64,000 nucleotides of DNA, from the NCBI GenBank assembly GCA_963665665.1, contig OY762428.1:4064001-4128000 (forward strand). The letters are read 5' to 3'. Shown here piece after piece: positions 47,998-57,259 of this stretch (the first letter of the stretch is position 1; each line of letters starts with the position of its first letter). This DNA is from Candidatus Kapaibacterium sp. (GTDB lineage Bacteria; Bacteroidota; Ignavibacteria; Kapaibacteriales; UBA2268). Position numbers and translations under genes: made by a program. Under the pieces are notes generated by a model that was not told the DNA's origin, ran no database searches, and saw nothing but the letters and a program-made list of their open reading frames with translations.

Positions 47998-48729
47998 TTA
48001 TTTTTCTTTTTTACCTTCAATTATCACAACGAATTCGCCTTTTACAGCTGTTCTTGATTCAAAATTATCAATTAATTCTGATGCCGTACCACGATTGTAT
48101 TCCTCGTGTATCTTGCTGATTTCTCTTGCCGTACAAATCAGCCTTTCGGGTTCACATATTTCCGATAGCTGTTTCAATAATTTTATTATTCTGTATGGAG
48201 ATTCGTAAAGTATAATTGTTTCCCCTTTTTCCACAACATTTTTAAGGAAGGTCTGCCTTCCCTTCTTCTGCGGAGGAAATCCTGCAAAGATAAAACTGTG
48301 TACGGGCATTCCCGACGCTGAAAGAGCTGGCACAAAGGCTGTAGCCCCCGGCAGGGCTGTTACCGTTATATCATTTTTAACAGCTTCACGGACAAGACGG
48401 TAACCGGGATCGGAAATGCAAGGCGATCCGGCATCACTAATCAAAGCACAAACAAGATTATCTTTTTTTATCCTGTCGATAATTTCCGGTGCTTTCTGTT
48501 TCTCATTATGCTCGTGATAGCTTATAAGTTTTTTCCCCGACAAGCCGATTAGCTTAAGAAATTGACCGGAATGCCTCGTATCTTCACAAGCAATTAAATC
48601 TGCCGAATTTAATATTTTCAGGGCCCTGACGGTAATATCATCCAAATTGCCAACAGGTGTGGGAACAAGATAAATCCCCGGTTCGGGTTTTTCGAAATCC
48701 TGATTAAAAAATGAGCTGAAATCGGTCAT
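47998..48729 (-). CDS. rsmI: 16S rRNA C1402 2'-O-methyltransferase
   Basis: LVPTPVGNLDDIT, ACEDTR, SDAGSPCISDPG, YESPYR, KGEFV. Confidence 0.95.
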   Translation of the reverse strand: MTDFSSFFNQDFEKPEPGIYLVPTPVGNLDDITVRALKILNSADLIACEDTRHSGQFLKLIGLSGKKLISYHEHNEKQKAPEIIDRIKKDNLVCALISDAGSPCISDPGYRLVREAVKNDITVTALPGATAFVPALSASGMPVHSFIFAGFPPQKKGRQTFLKNVVEKGETIILYESPYRIIKLLKQLSEICEPERLICTAREISKIHEEYNRGTASELIDNFESRTAVKGEFVVIIEGKKEK

Positions 48730-49205
48730 TTATTTTTCCTTTGTCTTAATTCCCTGAAAAAAACTTTTAAAATTGATGAACATTCTTCCTGAAGCACTCC
48801 GCTGACGACCTTGCACCTGTGGTTCAGCCTTGGTTCCGTGCTTATATTAAAAATACTTCCGCTGCCGCCTGCTTTCGGATCAATTGCTCCGAAAACAAGC
48901 CTTGGTATCCTTGCAAGTACTATTGCTCCCGAACACATGGCGCAAGGCTCCAGGGTAACATATATTGTACAATCTAACAAATGCTTATACTCCTGTTTAT
49001 TCAATGCGTCTTTAATAGCCATTATTTCAGCATGGGAAGTTGCGTCACTGTCCTTTTCCACCCTGTTGTAACCACGTCCGATAATTTCATTATTTTTTAC
49101 GATCACTGCCCCGATGGGAACATCATCATTTTCAAGAGCTTTTGCAGCTTCATCAAGAGCCGCAGCCATATATTTTTCGTCAATATTCTGTTCTTTTTCT
49201 ATCAA
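48726..49205 (-). CDS. tadA: tRNA adenosine(34) deaminase
   Basis: VPIGAVIV, HAEI, TLEPCAMC, DPKAG. Confidence 0.93.
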   Translation of the reverse strand: MIEKEQNIDEKYMAAALDEAAKALENDDVPIGAVIVKNNEIIGRGYNRVEKDSDATSHAEIMAIKDALNKQEYKHLLDCTIYVTLEPCAMCSGAIVLARIPRLVFGAIDPKAGGSGSIFNISTEPRLNHRCKVVSGVLQEECSSILKVFFRELRQRKNK

Positions 49206-49435
49206 TGATAATCTATAAATATTAAATTAGATAGTTAACTTACTCTACTCTCCAAAACAACTTGCAAAGTTGTGCTTTCAAAAGAATGGTATATTTAATA
49301 CCTTGTCCGGATTTCCGTATCAGGACTAATAAATAAAGGAAAAAATTTCAAAAAACATTTTTCTTTCGGATAAAAGATCTGAAAGAGCTTTTCAAGATGG
49401 TTTTACTTAATTTCACAGACAATTGGTAAATTTTC

Positions 49436-49476
49436 ACCACCCCGGCCTTCGGACACCCCTCCATTGGAAGGGAATA
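49436..49476. repeat. REP-like element, family B (inverted)
   Basis: CCACCCCGGCCTTCGGACACCCCTCCATTGGAAGGGAAT, related by reverse complement to the 18339 elements. Confidence 0.6.
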
Positions 49477-49552
49477 GAAAAACTATTTCGATTTTTAACG
49501 ATTGAAAATTACAATTTCTTTCATTTAAAAATAACTCTCCAATAGAAAACTC

Positions 49553-50731
49553 CTACAAAGCTCCTAACAATTTTTCAATTCCCGCTTTAAGTGTTTCATC
49601 TTTCTTGGCAAAGCAAAGCCTGAGCATAGTTTTGCCTTCATCGCTTTCGGAATAGAACACTGAAGGTGGAATTGTTGCCACTCCGTGCTCTTTAACAAGA
49701 TATGAAGCTGCTTCGATATCATTTTTAAAACGTCCATCCGGCAAATCAATCATAAGAAAATAAGTCCCCTGCGGCAGATGCGGCTTCAAATCCGTATCTT
49801 TCAACGCATTATACAGCAAATCCCTTTTGCGTGAATATGTGCTGCGGAATTCCGGCAGATATTCGTCGATCATTGAAAAAGCATAGGCCATAGCATGCTG
49901 CCCCGGCGTATTTACTGCATAAGTCGTCCACTGGTGCACTTTCCTGATCGATTCAGTTAACTCCTGCGAGCAGATGGCGTAGCCTATTTTCCAGCCCGTC
50001 ATACCAAAAGTTTTTCCTGTTGAAGATATTGTAATAGTCCTGTCCTTCATTCCCGGTAATTTTGCAATTGGATTATGTTTATTGCCGTCAAAAAGCATGA
50101 ATTCATATACTTCGTCGCTGAGAACAAGCAGGTCAAATTCGTTGGCAATATCTGCAATTAGCTGTAGCTCCCCGGCGCTGAGAATTTTACCTGTGGGATT
50201 GTGTGGAGTATTCAGTATAATCATTTTCGTTTTAGCCGAAACAGCATTTCTCAGTTCGTCAGGATCGATAGTGAAATCAGGCTTGTGAAGAGTTACATAC
50301 CTTGGAATGCCACCTGCTAAGATCACGTCAGCCTGATGTGAGTCATAGTACGGTTCGAACAATATTACCTCGTCTCCCGGATTTATAAAAGCAGTAATTG
50401 TACTGTAAAGAGCTTCGGTAGCACCGGCGGTAATTGTTATTTCAGTATCAGGATCCCTGTCAATATCATAATATTTTTTTATGGTTTTGGCAATATTCTT
50501 TTTCAGTGAATAGATACCTACCGTCGGGGCATACTGATTTTTCCCCTCTTCCATAGCCTGGAAAGCTTTTTCCATAATCCACGGAGGGCCGTCAAAATCG
50601 GGGAAACCCTGCCCGAGATTAACGGCTTTATAGTCAACAGCCATTTTACTCATTGTCGAGAAAATCGATGTGGGCATACCTGCCAATCGCGTAGCTCTGA
50701 AATTTTTCATATCTTCTGCTGTTATTTTCAC
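49553..50731 (-). CDS. PLP-dependent aminotransferase class I (YbdL/kynurenine aminotransferase-like)
   Basis: VNLGQGFPDF, NTPHNPTG, SDEVYE, STGKTFGMTGWKIG, LRLCFAK. Confidence 0.9.
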   Translation of the reverse strand: MKITAEDMKNFRATRLAGMPTSIFSTMSKMAVDYKAVNLGQGFPDFDGPPWIMEKAFQAMEEGKNQYAPTVGIYSLKKNIAKTIKKYYDIDRDPDTEITITAGATEALYSTITAFINPGDEVILFEPYYDSHQADVILAGGIPRYVTLHKPDFTIDPDELRNAVSAKTKMIILNTPHNPTGKILSAGELQLIADIANEFDLLVLSDEVYEFMLFDGNKHNPIAKLPGMKDRTITISSTGKTFGMTGWKIGYAICSQELTESIRKVHQWTTYAVNTPGQHAMAYAFSMIDEYLPEFRSTYSRKRDLLYNALKDTDLKPHLPQGTYFLMIDLPDGRFKNDIEAASYLVKEHGVATIPPSVFYSESDEGKTMLRLCFAKKDETLKAGIEKLLGAL

Positions 50732-50853
50732 AAAAACATCATACTAAGATATGAAATATTAAGAAATTTATTTCAATGAACTGACAATTTTATTATATTC
50801 AAAATATTTGAAAATTGATGAAATGTATTCCTACACAAGTTTCCGGAGGGGAA

Positions 50854-52059
50854 ATGAAGAAATTCCAAAGTTTTACGACCGTTATATTTTTACTGAGCCT
50901 ATTTTTTATATCATCATGCAGCGATGATGATTCAGGCCCGTCAACAAAAAAAGTCAGGTATATTTATTTTCCTGTAAGTGTAAATGATGGCGCTGATGCC
51001 AATCAGGCAGGCTTCTACAGGATAAATACAGATGATTTCCAGATTGAACGTCTTGCCGTAAATTCTGTTTCAAATACAACGGGAGTTGGATCGAGCAGTG
51101 TGATAATTTTCGAATACGACAACGGGATAGAAAGCAAACTCTGGGCAAAATGTGAAGACGGAAGCCTTATTCCCGTTCCCCTGCCCAATCCCGAGGCCGG
51201 ATATGAAAAAGTTGAATACAGTATGCCGCCTAATGTTTCACTTTCTGCCGACGGACATCATGCCGCTTATTTTGTAAACAAAATTCCTGATGGCGCAACG
51301 GAAATGAAAGATTATATGCCATCAATGGTTGTCCTGGACTGTTCACAGGGATTGAATTATATTACTGTTGACCTGAAACAGTTCCTGATTGATAATTTCC
51401 CCGATATTGACGTGGAAGGCGGCCAGGCTTGGGGCGAATATATTGTACAGAATGAGAACGGATCAAAAATATGGTTCTCGGTCAGGGCGCTGAATTATAG
51501 CTGGAGCGGCCAGATCCGATATGGATTGGTATCATGGACCAAAGAGGACGGGCTAAAACTGGAATCACAGGTTTTAACAGGAGAAGTAAAAATCTGGGGA
51601 TATAATCATCTTACCAAAGAGCTGCTTGTAACTCATCTTGATACTGCTAATGGCGGTATAACAGTAGCAAAGAATTTTGATGACGGTTTCCTAACTTATA
51701 TAACACTCAACAAAGACAACCTGAGCGGCCCTGACCAAATCGCAGTTAAAAGGTCTGAAATGGCAATAATTAATGAAACCGGAATTGAACTTTTCCACCC
51801 TGACAATGGAAATTATTTATCAACTGTTATAACGTTTGACAAAATTGATCCGAATAGTGAGTATATACACGACGACGGGCAGCTGATAACAATGTCGCCC
51901 GATGCGCAGGTTATTGTTTTTGCTCTGACAGATAACACCCAGGACAGGGACAGAACACTGTTCATGGTAAATCGTGACGGAACAGGGCTAAAGATTTTAG
52001 CGCAGGGCTATAAAATGGGAATCCCTGTAATTTCCGATGAATTTGAAGTAGAACAATAA
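50854..52059 (+). CDS. Hypothetical lipoprotein (beta-propeller/TolB-like)
   Basis: Lipobox ISSC; SADGHHAAY, MSPDAQVIVF, NRDGTGLK. Confidence 0.75.
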   Translation: MKKFQSFTTVIFLLSLFFISSCSDDDSGPSTKKVRYIYFPVSVNDGADANQAGFYRINTDDFQIERLAVNSVSNTTGVGSSSVIIFEYDNGIESKLWAKCEDGSLIPVPLPNPEAGYEKVEYSMPPNVSLSADGHHAAYFVNKIPDGATEMKDYMPSMVVLDCSQGLNYITVDLKQFLIDNFPDIDVEGGQAWGEYIVQNENGSKIWFSVRALNYSWSGQIRYGLVSWTKEDGLKLESQVLTGEVKIWGYNHLTKELLVTHLDTANGGITVAKNFDDGFLTYITLNKDNLSGPDQIAVKRSEMAIINETGIELFHPDNGNYLSTVITFDKIDPNSEYIHDDGQLITMSPDAQVIVFALTDNTQDRDRTLFMVNRDGTGLKILAQGYKMGIPVISDEFEVEQ

Positions 52060-52068
52060 AGCCAGATT

Positions 52069-55000
52069 ATGACAATAAAAAAGGTTTTAATTATATTGAT
52101 TACACTTTTCGCCATCTGTACTGCGGATGCGGAAAGTTATTTTTATTCCAATCCGGGATTTCTTCCCGACTCGGTAATGTATTTCAGCAGAACGCCGGGA
52201 TGCAATATTTTTGTGTGCGAAAACTCAATAATTTTTGATTATTACAAAATACATTCAAAACTGACAGACAATAGCCCTGATTACCTGAAGGGAAGTATTG
52301 AAGGGCAGGTTGTGAAGATGTATTTCCCCGGTGCAAATTCAGGCAAACAGAAATTTGAAATAAGTTCACTCGGAGTATTCCCGGAGAGATCAAACATACA
52401 TTATATTATGGGCGGTAACAATCCCGATAATATAAAATATCGGGAAAAAGGCCTGATATTGAAAGATATTTATATAGGAATTGGCCTGACTCTCTATTTT
52501 GACAATGATAAATTCCGCTATGATTTTTATATTAAACCCGGCGCTGATCCGACTGATATTGAAATTGCTTTTGAAGGCATTGATCAGTCTTATGCGGATA
52601 ATAACAGGATAGTCCTGTTGGCTGACAAGGGCGAGATTATTCATTCCGATTTGAAATCATATATTCTGTCGGATAAAAATGCAAAGAATATCTCTTTATC
52701 AAAAGTTGGATTTACAGATATTGAAATCGAATCCCATTTTATTAAGAAAGCTGAAAATTCTTTCGGTTTTGAACTTCCTGAATACGACGGTGAGTCTTTT
52801 TTAAGAATAGACCCGCTTGTTTATTCTACTTATTTCGGAGGGGAAAAATACGAATACGCCAATGATATGGCCCTGGATGATGAAGGGAATATATACATAA
52901 CCGGCTATACTGCTTCGGTTAATTTTCCGGTTACTCCCGGCGTTTACCAGGAAGATATGATGGCCGGCAGCAACGGCTACCCGGATATATTTGTCAGCAA
53001 ATTCGACGCTACCGGACAAAACCTTATATTTTCTACATTCATCGGCGGATTTATGGATGATTTCGCCGAGGGAATTGCCGTTGACTCCGATAAAAATGTT
53101 TTCATTACCGGCTATACCAGTAAGTCTTCTACTTTTCCTTTCACGAAGAACGCTTATGATACAATTCCTGAAGGCGGTTATGATGTTTTCGTAATCAAAC
53201 TGGACAGCAGCGGAAGTAATTTGCTTTTCTCCACCTATCTCGGAGGTGAAAAGGACGATTATGCACAGGATATATGCCTTGATTCAAAGGGCAATCCCTA
53301 TATAACCGGTTATACTACCTCTTTTGGCGGTTTTCCTGTTTCCGATTTTGCCTTTCAGCAGGAATTTAAAGGCGAATATGATATATTCCTGGCAAAATTG
53401 ACGAGCACCGGCGACAGCCTTATGTTTTCATCAATTTACGGAGGTTATGACGATGATTTCGGCCAGGCGATTAAAATTGCTCCTGACGGCAATCCTTATG
53501 TCATAGGTATAACCAGATCGGACAACATCGACATTACCGAAATTTCATACGACCGTTCGTTCAATGACACTTCCATTTTTCTGCAAAGAAACGATGTTAT
53601 TTTATTTAAAACATCCTCCAACGGCGCCACATTGAAATATTCAACATATCTCGGAGGCGCTGCAAGAGACGGAGCTTATGAGATTGCAATTGACAATTCA
53701 GAAGCAGTATATATTGCAGGATACACGGAATCGAAAGATTTTCCTGTAACTACCGGGGCGTTCGACACTACTTATAACAGCAAGGGCACTAATAACGGAG
53801 AAGGCGATATTTTCGTTACTAAACTCAATCCCGGCGGACTTACGCTTGCATGGTCAACCTTCATTGGAGGAAAAAGTACTGAAAGAGCTTTGTCCCTGGA
53901 TATTGACGAGTTCGGCAGCCCATACATTACAGGATACACTTCTTCCATGGATTTTCCTTTAAGCAAACACCCCTATGATGACAGCTATAATGACACGGCC
54001 AAATCCGATGTTTTCCTGGTGAAACTTACTCCGGACGCTTCTAATATTTATTACTCAACATACTTTGGCGGCAACAGGGCAGATATTGGCAAAACAATAC
54101 GCCTTGCCGGAGATGAAACAGTGTGGATTTCCGGTTCAACCGAATCGCAGGATCTACCGGTAAACAATGAATCATACGATCAGACCTATAATGATTCTGT
54201 TGCAACTGATGTTTTCCTGGCCAGGTTCTATCCCAATGTTCTATTTATTGAAGCAGGTGACGATATTCAATTGTGTTCAGGCGAAAGCGCAACTTTATCT
54301 GCTCCGGCATTTGGCGGTTCAGGAAGCCTGACATATACCTGGCTACCTGATCAGTGGCTTGACGATAATCATTCAACAACACCTGTCTGTTCTGCAGAAG
54401 AATCGATTACATATACTATTCTTGTAAAAGACCGCAGGGGAAATATCGCTGAAGATGATTTAGCCGTAGAAGTTCTGCCGGTTCCCGAATATAAGATATA
54501 CGGCGCAAGAAATGTAGAAAAATGGTATAAGCATACTTACAGCGTTCTGGGCGAAGCAGATTACAGCTACTCCTGGACTGCTTTTGCAGGGCATATAATC
54601 GGGAGCAGAACCGAACCGGTAGTAGAGGTTTGGTGGGATGTGGATATTTCCGACGGTGACATTTACCTTGAAGCGGAAAACGAAAATGGTTGTAAAACTT
54701 CGCAATGGGTTAACATAAAAATATCTGATACTGATTACTCCCCGGAACTTGTTCCCTACGGGCCGCTATCTTTTTGTAAGGGCGACAGCGTAGTGCTTGA
54801 TGCCGGCTCGGAATTTATTTTCTTTTTGTGGTCCGACGGTACAAGAAGCAGGTTCGATACAGTATTTACAACCGGGAACTACTGGGTTGCAGTTACTGAT
54901 ACTGCGGGTGTTAGCAAAATTAGCGATACGCTTGCGGTTACAGTTAACCACCTTCCGCCCAAACCCACAATTGACACGGCTAACGGAATGCTGATCTGTA

Positions 55001-55437
55001 TGGAAATAGTGAACAATTACCAGTGGTATTTTTACGGAGCGCCGATTGAAGGAGCTACATCCAAGGCATATCAGCCTACTCAGAACGGTGAATATAACGT
55101 TGAGGTGATCAACGACCTGGGATGCAGCCAGATTTCAGACACATATTACCTCGGTGTAGCAGGGGTTAAAGAAACTTTAAAAAAAGGGGAAATAACTGTC
55201 TATCCCAATCCGGGCGACGGAATATTTACAATTTCCTGCCTGGGATTGGATCTGTTTAATCCCACAATTGAAGTCACGGATTTGCAGGGGAATAAATATT
55301 TTTCCAGCCGGAATATCATTCCCGACGATGCTAATAGTATTCGGATAGACCTGTCCCAGCTAAATTCCGGAATTTACCTGCTGAAATTGAAGGACAGGGA
55401 ACATATTTATTTCAGGAAACTTATAATATTGAAATAA
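52069..55437 (+). CDS. Secreted SBBP beta-propeller repeat protein with T9SS C-terminal domain
   Basis: IDPLVYSTYFGG, repeated D..GN.YITGYT.S..FP and STYLGG, C-terminal VYPNP...LNSGIY. Confidence 0.9.
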   Translation: MTIKKVLIILITLFAICTADAESYFYSNPGFLPDSVMYFSRTPGCNIFVCENSIIFDYYKIHSKLTDNSPDYLKGSIEGQVVKMYFPGANSGKQKFEISSLGVFPERSNIHYIMGGNNPDNIKYREKGLILKDIYIGIGLTLYFDNDKFRYDFYIKPGADPTDIEIAFEGIDQSYADNNRIVLLADKGEIIHSDLKSYILSDKNAKNISLSKVGFTDIEIESHFIKKAENSFGFELPEYDGESFLRIDPLVYSTYFGGEKYEYANDMALDDEGNIYITGYTASVNFPVTPGVYQEDMMAGSNGYPDIFVSKFDATGQNLIFSTFIGGFMDDFAEGIAVDSDKNVFITGYTSKSSTFPFTKNAYDTIPEGGYDVFVIKLDSSGSNLLFSTYLGGEKDDYAQDICLDSKGNPYITGYTTSFGGFPVSDFAFQQEFKGEYDIFLAKLTSTGDSLMFSSIYGGYDDDFGQAIKIAPDGNPYVIGITRSDNIDITEISYDRSFNDTSIFLQRNDVILFKTSSNGATLKYSTYLGGAARDGAYEIAIDNSEAVYIAGYTESKDFPVTTGAFDTTYNSKGTNNGEGDIFVTKLNPGGLTLAWSTFIGGKSTERALSLDIDEFGSPYITGYTSSMDFPLSKHPYDDSYNDTAKSDVFLVKLTPDASNIYYSTYFGGNRADIGKTIRLAGDETVWISGSTESQDLPVNNESYDQTYNDSVATDVFLARFYPNVLFIEAGDDIQLCSGESATLSAPAFGGSGSLTYTWLPDQWLDDNHSTTPVCSAEESITYTILVKDRRGNIAEDDLAVEVLPVPEYKIYGARNVEKWYKHTYSVLGEADYSYSWTAFAGHIIGSRTEPVVEVWWDVDISDGDIYLEAENENGCKTSQWVNIKISDTDYSPELVPYGPLSFCKGDSVVLDAGSEFIFFLWSDGTRSRFDTVFTTGNYWVAVTDTAGVSKISDTLAVTVNHLPPKPTIDTANGMLICMEIVNNYQWYFYGAPIEGATSKAYQPTQNGEYNVEVINDLGCSQISDTYYLGVAGVKETLKKGEITVYPNPGDGIFTISCLGLDLFNPTIEVTDLQGNKYFSSRNIIPDDANSIRIDLSQLNSGIYLLKLKDREHIYFRKLIILK

Positions 55438-55482
55438 AATAGCTTAAACCCGCCTGCGTCTGAATGAAAAAGGGATTAGATG

Positions 55483-56073
55483 ATGTTAGAACTTTCGGGA
55501 AAATATAATAAAGAATATACTTATAACGACCTCATGCAGCTTGAGGAGGGTACGCTGTGCGAACTTATCAACGGGGTTATTGAAATGAGTCCTTCGCCAT
55601 CTTCCACTCACCAATGGATTATCGGAGAGTTATACATGAAACTCCGAAACCATCTAAAAAATATTAAATTAAATTACAAGATTTTACTTAGTCCTCTGGA
55701 TGTAAAAGTATCTGACAGGACTGTACTCCAGCCGGATATGCTTGTCATTTCCGAAAAGAACAAACACATTATACGCGAAAATGGGATTTTCGGGCCGCCG
55801 GATATTGTTATTGAGGTTTTGTCAAAAGGCAATATAGTTAAGGACAGATATATAAAGAAGGAGATTTATCAGAACTTTGGCGTGCAGGAATATTGGATGA
55901 TAGACAGCAATAATGAAACAATCGAAATACTCATCCTTGATTCTGAAGGTGTATATAATCTATATTCTTCGGGTGCAGCAGATGAAAAAGTAAAATCGCA
56001 GGTTCTTGAAAAATTCGAATTCTGTTTCGATGATGTTAAACCGGATGCGGAATTATTTAAACGGAATCAATGA
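55483..56073 (+). CDS. Uma2 (DUF820) family endonuclease, copy 1
   Basis: ELINGVIEMSPSP...HQ, QPDML, PDIVIEVLS, GVQEYW. Confidence 0.9.
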   Translation: MLELSGKYNKEYTYNDLMQLEEGTLCELINGVIEMSPSPSSTHQWIIGELYMKLRNHLKNIKLNYKILLSPLDVKVSDRTVLQPDMLVISEKNKHIIRENGIFGPPDIVIEVLSKGNIVKDRYIKKEIYQNFGVQEYWMIDSNNETIEILILDSEGVYNLYSSGAADEKVKSQVLEKFEFCFDDVKPDAELFKRNQ

Positions 56074-56074
56074 A

Positions 56075-56665
56075 ATGTTAGAACTTTCGGGAAAATATTA
56101 TAAAGAATATACTTATGACGACCTCATGCAGCTTGAGGAGGGTACGCTGTGCGAACTTATCAACGGGATTATTGAAATGAGTCCTTCGCCATCTTCCGCT
56201 CACCAGTGGATTATTGCCACATTACATATTTTACTATGGCAGCATATTAAAGATAATAATTTAAACTACTTAGCTATGCTCAGCCCATTGGATGTTAAAA
56301 TATCCGAAAGGACTGTACTCCAGCCGGATATGCTTGTCATTTCCGAAAAGAACAAACACATTATACGCGAAAATGGGATTTTCGGGCCGCCGGATATCGT
56401 TATCGAAGTATTGTCAAAAGGCAATATAGTTAAGGACAGATATATAAAGAAGGAGATTTATCAGAACTTTGGCGTGCAGGAATATTGGATGATAGACAGC
56501 AATAATGAAACAATCGAAATACTCATCCTTGAATCCAATGGTGTCTATAATCTACATTCTTCGGGTGCGACAGATGAAAAAGTAAAATCGCAGGTTCTTG
56601 AAAAATTCGAATTCTGTTTCGATGATGTTAAACCGGATGCGGAATTATTTAAACGGAATCAATGA
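56075..56665 (+). CDS. Uma2 (DUF820) family endonuclease, copy 2
   Basis: ATG at 56075, 592 bp after copy 1; nearly identical outside one variable block. Confidence 0.9.
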   Translation: MLELSGKYYKEYTYDDLMQLEEGTLCELINGIIEMSPSPSSAHQWIIATLHILLWQHIKDNNLNYLAMLSPLDVKISERTVLQPDMLVISEKNKHIIRENGIFGPPDIVIEVLSKGNIVKDRYIKKEIYQNFGVQEYWMIDSNNETIEILILESNGVYNLHSSGATDEKVKSQVLEKFEFCFDDVKPDAELFKRNQ

Positions 56666-56666
56666 A

Positions 56667-57254
56667 ATGTTAGAACTTTCGGGAAAATATAATAAAGAAT
56701 ATACTTATGACGACCTCATGCAGCTTGAGGAGGGTACGCTGTGCGAACTTATCAACGGGATTATTGAAATGAGTCCTGCTCCACTTATTATTCACCAGAT
56801 TATTCTGAAAAACCTTAGCAAAAAAATTGACGATCGCATTCAGGAGAGCAATAAGGGCCTGCTTCTGCCTGCCCCTGTTGACTTGATAATAGATGAAAAA
56901 AATGTTGTTCAGCCTGATCTTTTATTTATCAGTTTGGAAAATATTCCTAAAATTCGCGATAAATATATTGACTTCCCACCTGATATTGTGATTGAAATAA
57001 TATCTCCTTCTTCAGTTGTACGGGACAGATACGGCAAAAAGGAATTATATCAAAAGATGAAAATCCAGGAATACTGGATGCTTGATATAATTCATGAAAG
57101 TATCGAGATATTGAGATTAGATAATGCCGGACATTATCAGCTTTCTTCTTATGGAGCAAAAAATGAAATAGTAAAATCGCAGATTCTTGAAAAATTCGAA
57201 TTCTGTTTCGACGATGTTAAACCGGATGCGGAATTATTTAACAAATTAAAGTAA
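56667..57254 (+). CDS. Uma2 (DUF820) family endonuclease, copy 3
   Basis: ATG at 56667; ends nearly identical to copies 1 and 2, middle divergent. Confidence 0.9.
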   Translation: MLELSGKYNKEYTYDDLMQLEEGTLCELINGIIEMSPAPLIIHQIILKNLSKKIDDRIQESNKGLLLPAPVDLIIDEKNVVQPDLLFISLENIPKIRDKYIDFPPDIVIEIISPSSVVRDRYGKKELYQKMKIQEYWMLDIIHESIEILRLDNAGHYQLSSYGAKNEIVKSQILEKFEFCFDDVKPDAELFNKLK

Positions 57255-57259
57255 TAATC

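Noticed and set aside
55483-56665. Diversity-generating retroelement TR/VR pair in the Uma2 copies
   Set aside because: Differences are not adenine-specific (e.g. GGA to GCC, CGA to TGG) and no reverse transcriptase is in the window
56006-56666. Extended N-termini (MKNSNSVSMM...) of Uma2 copies 2 and 3 in the ORF track
   Set aside because: They come from an upstream TTG overlapping the previous copy; the ATGs at 56075 and 56667 match copy 1
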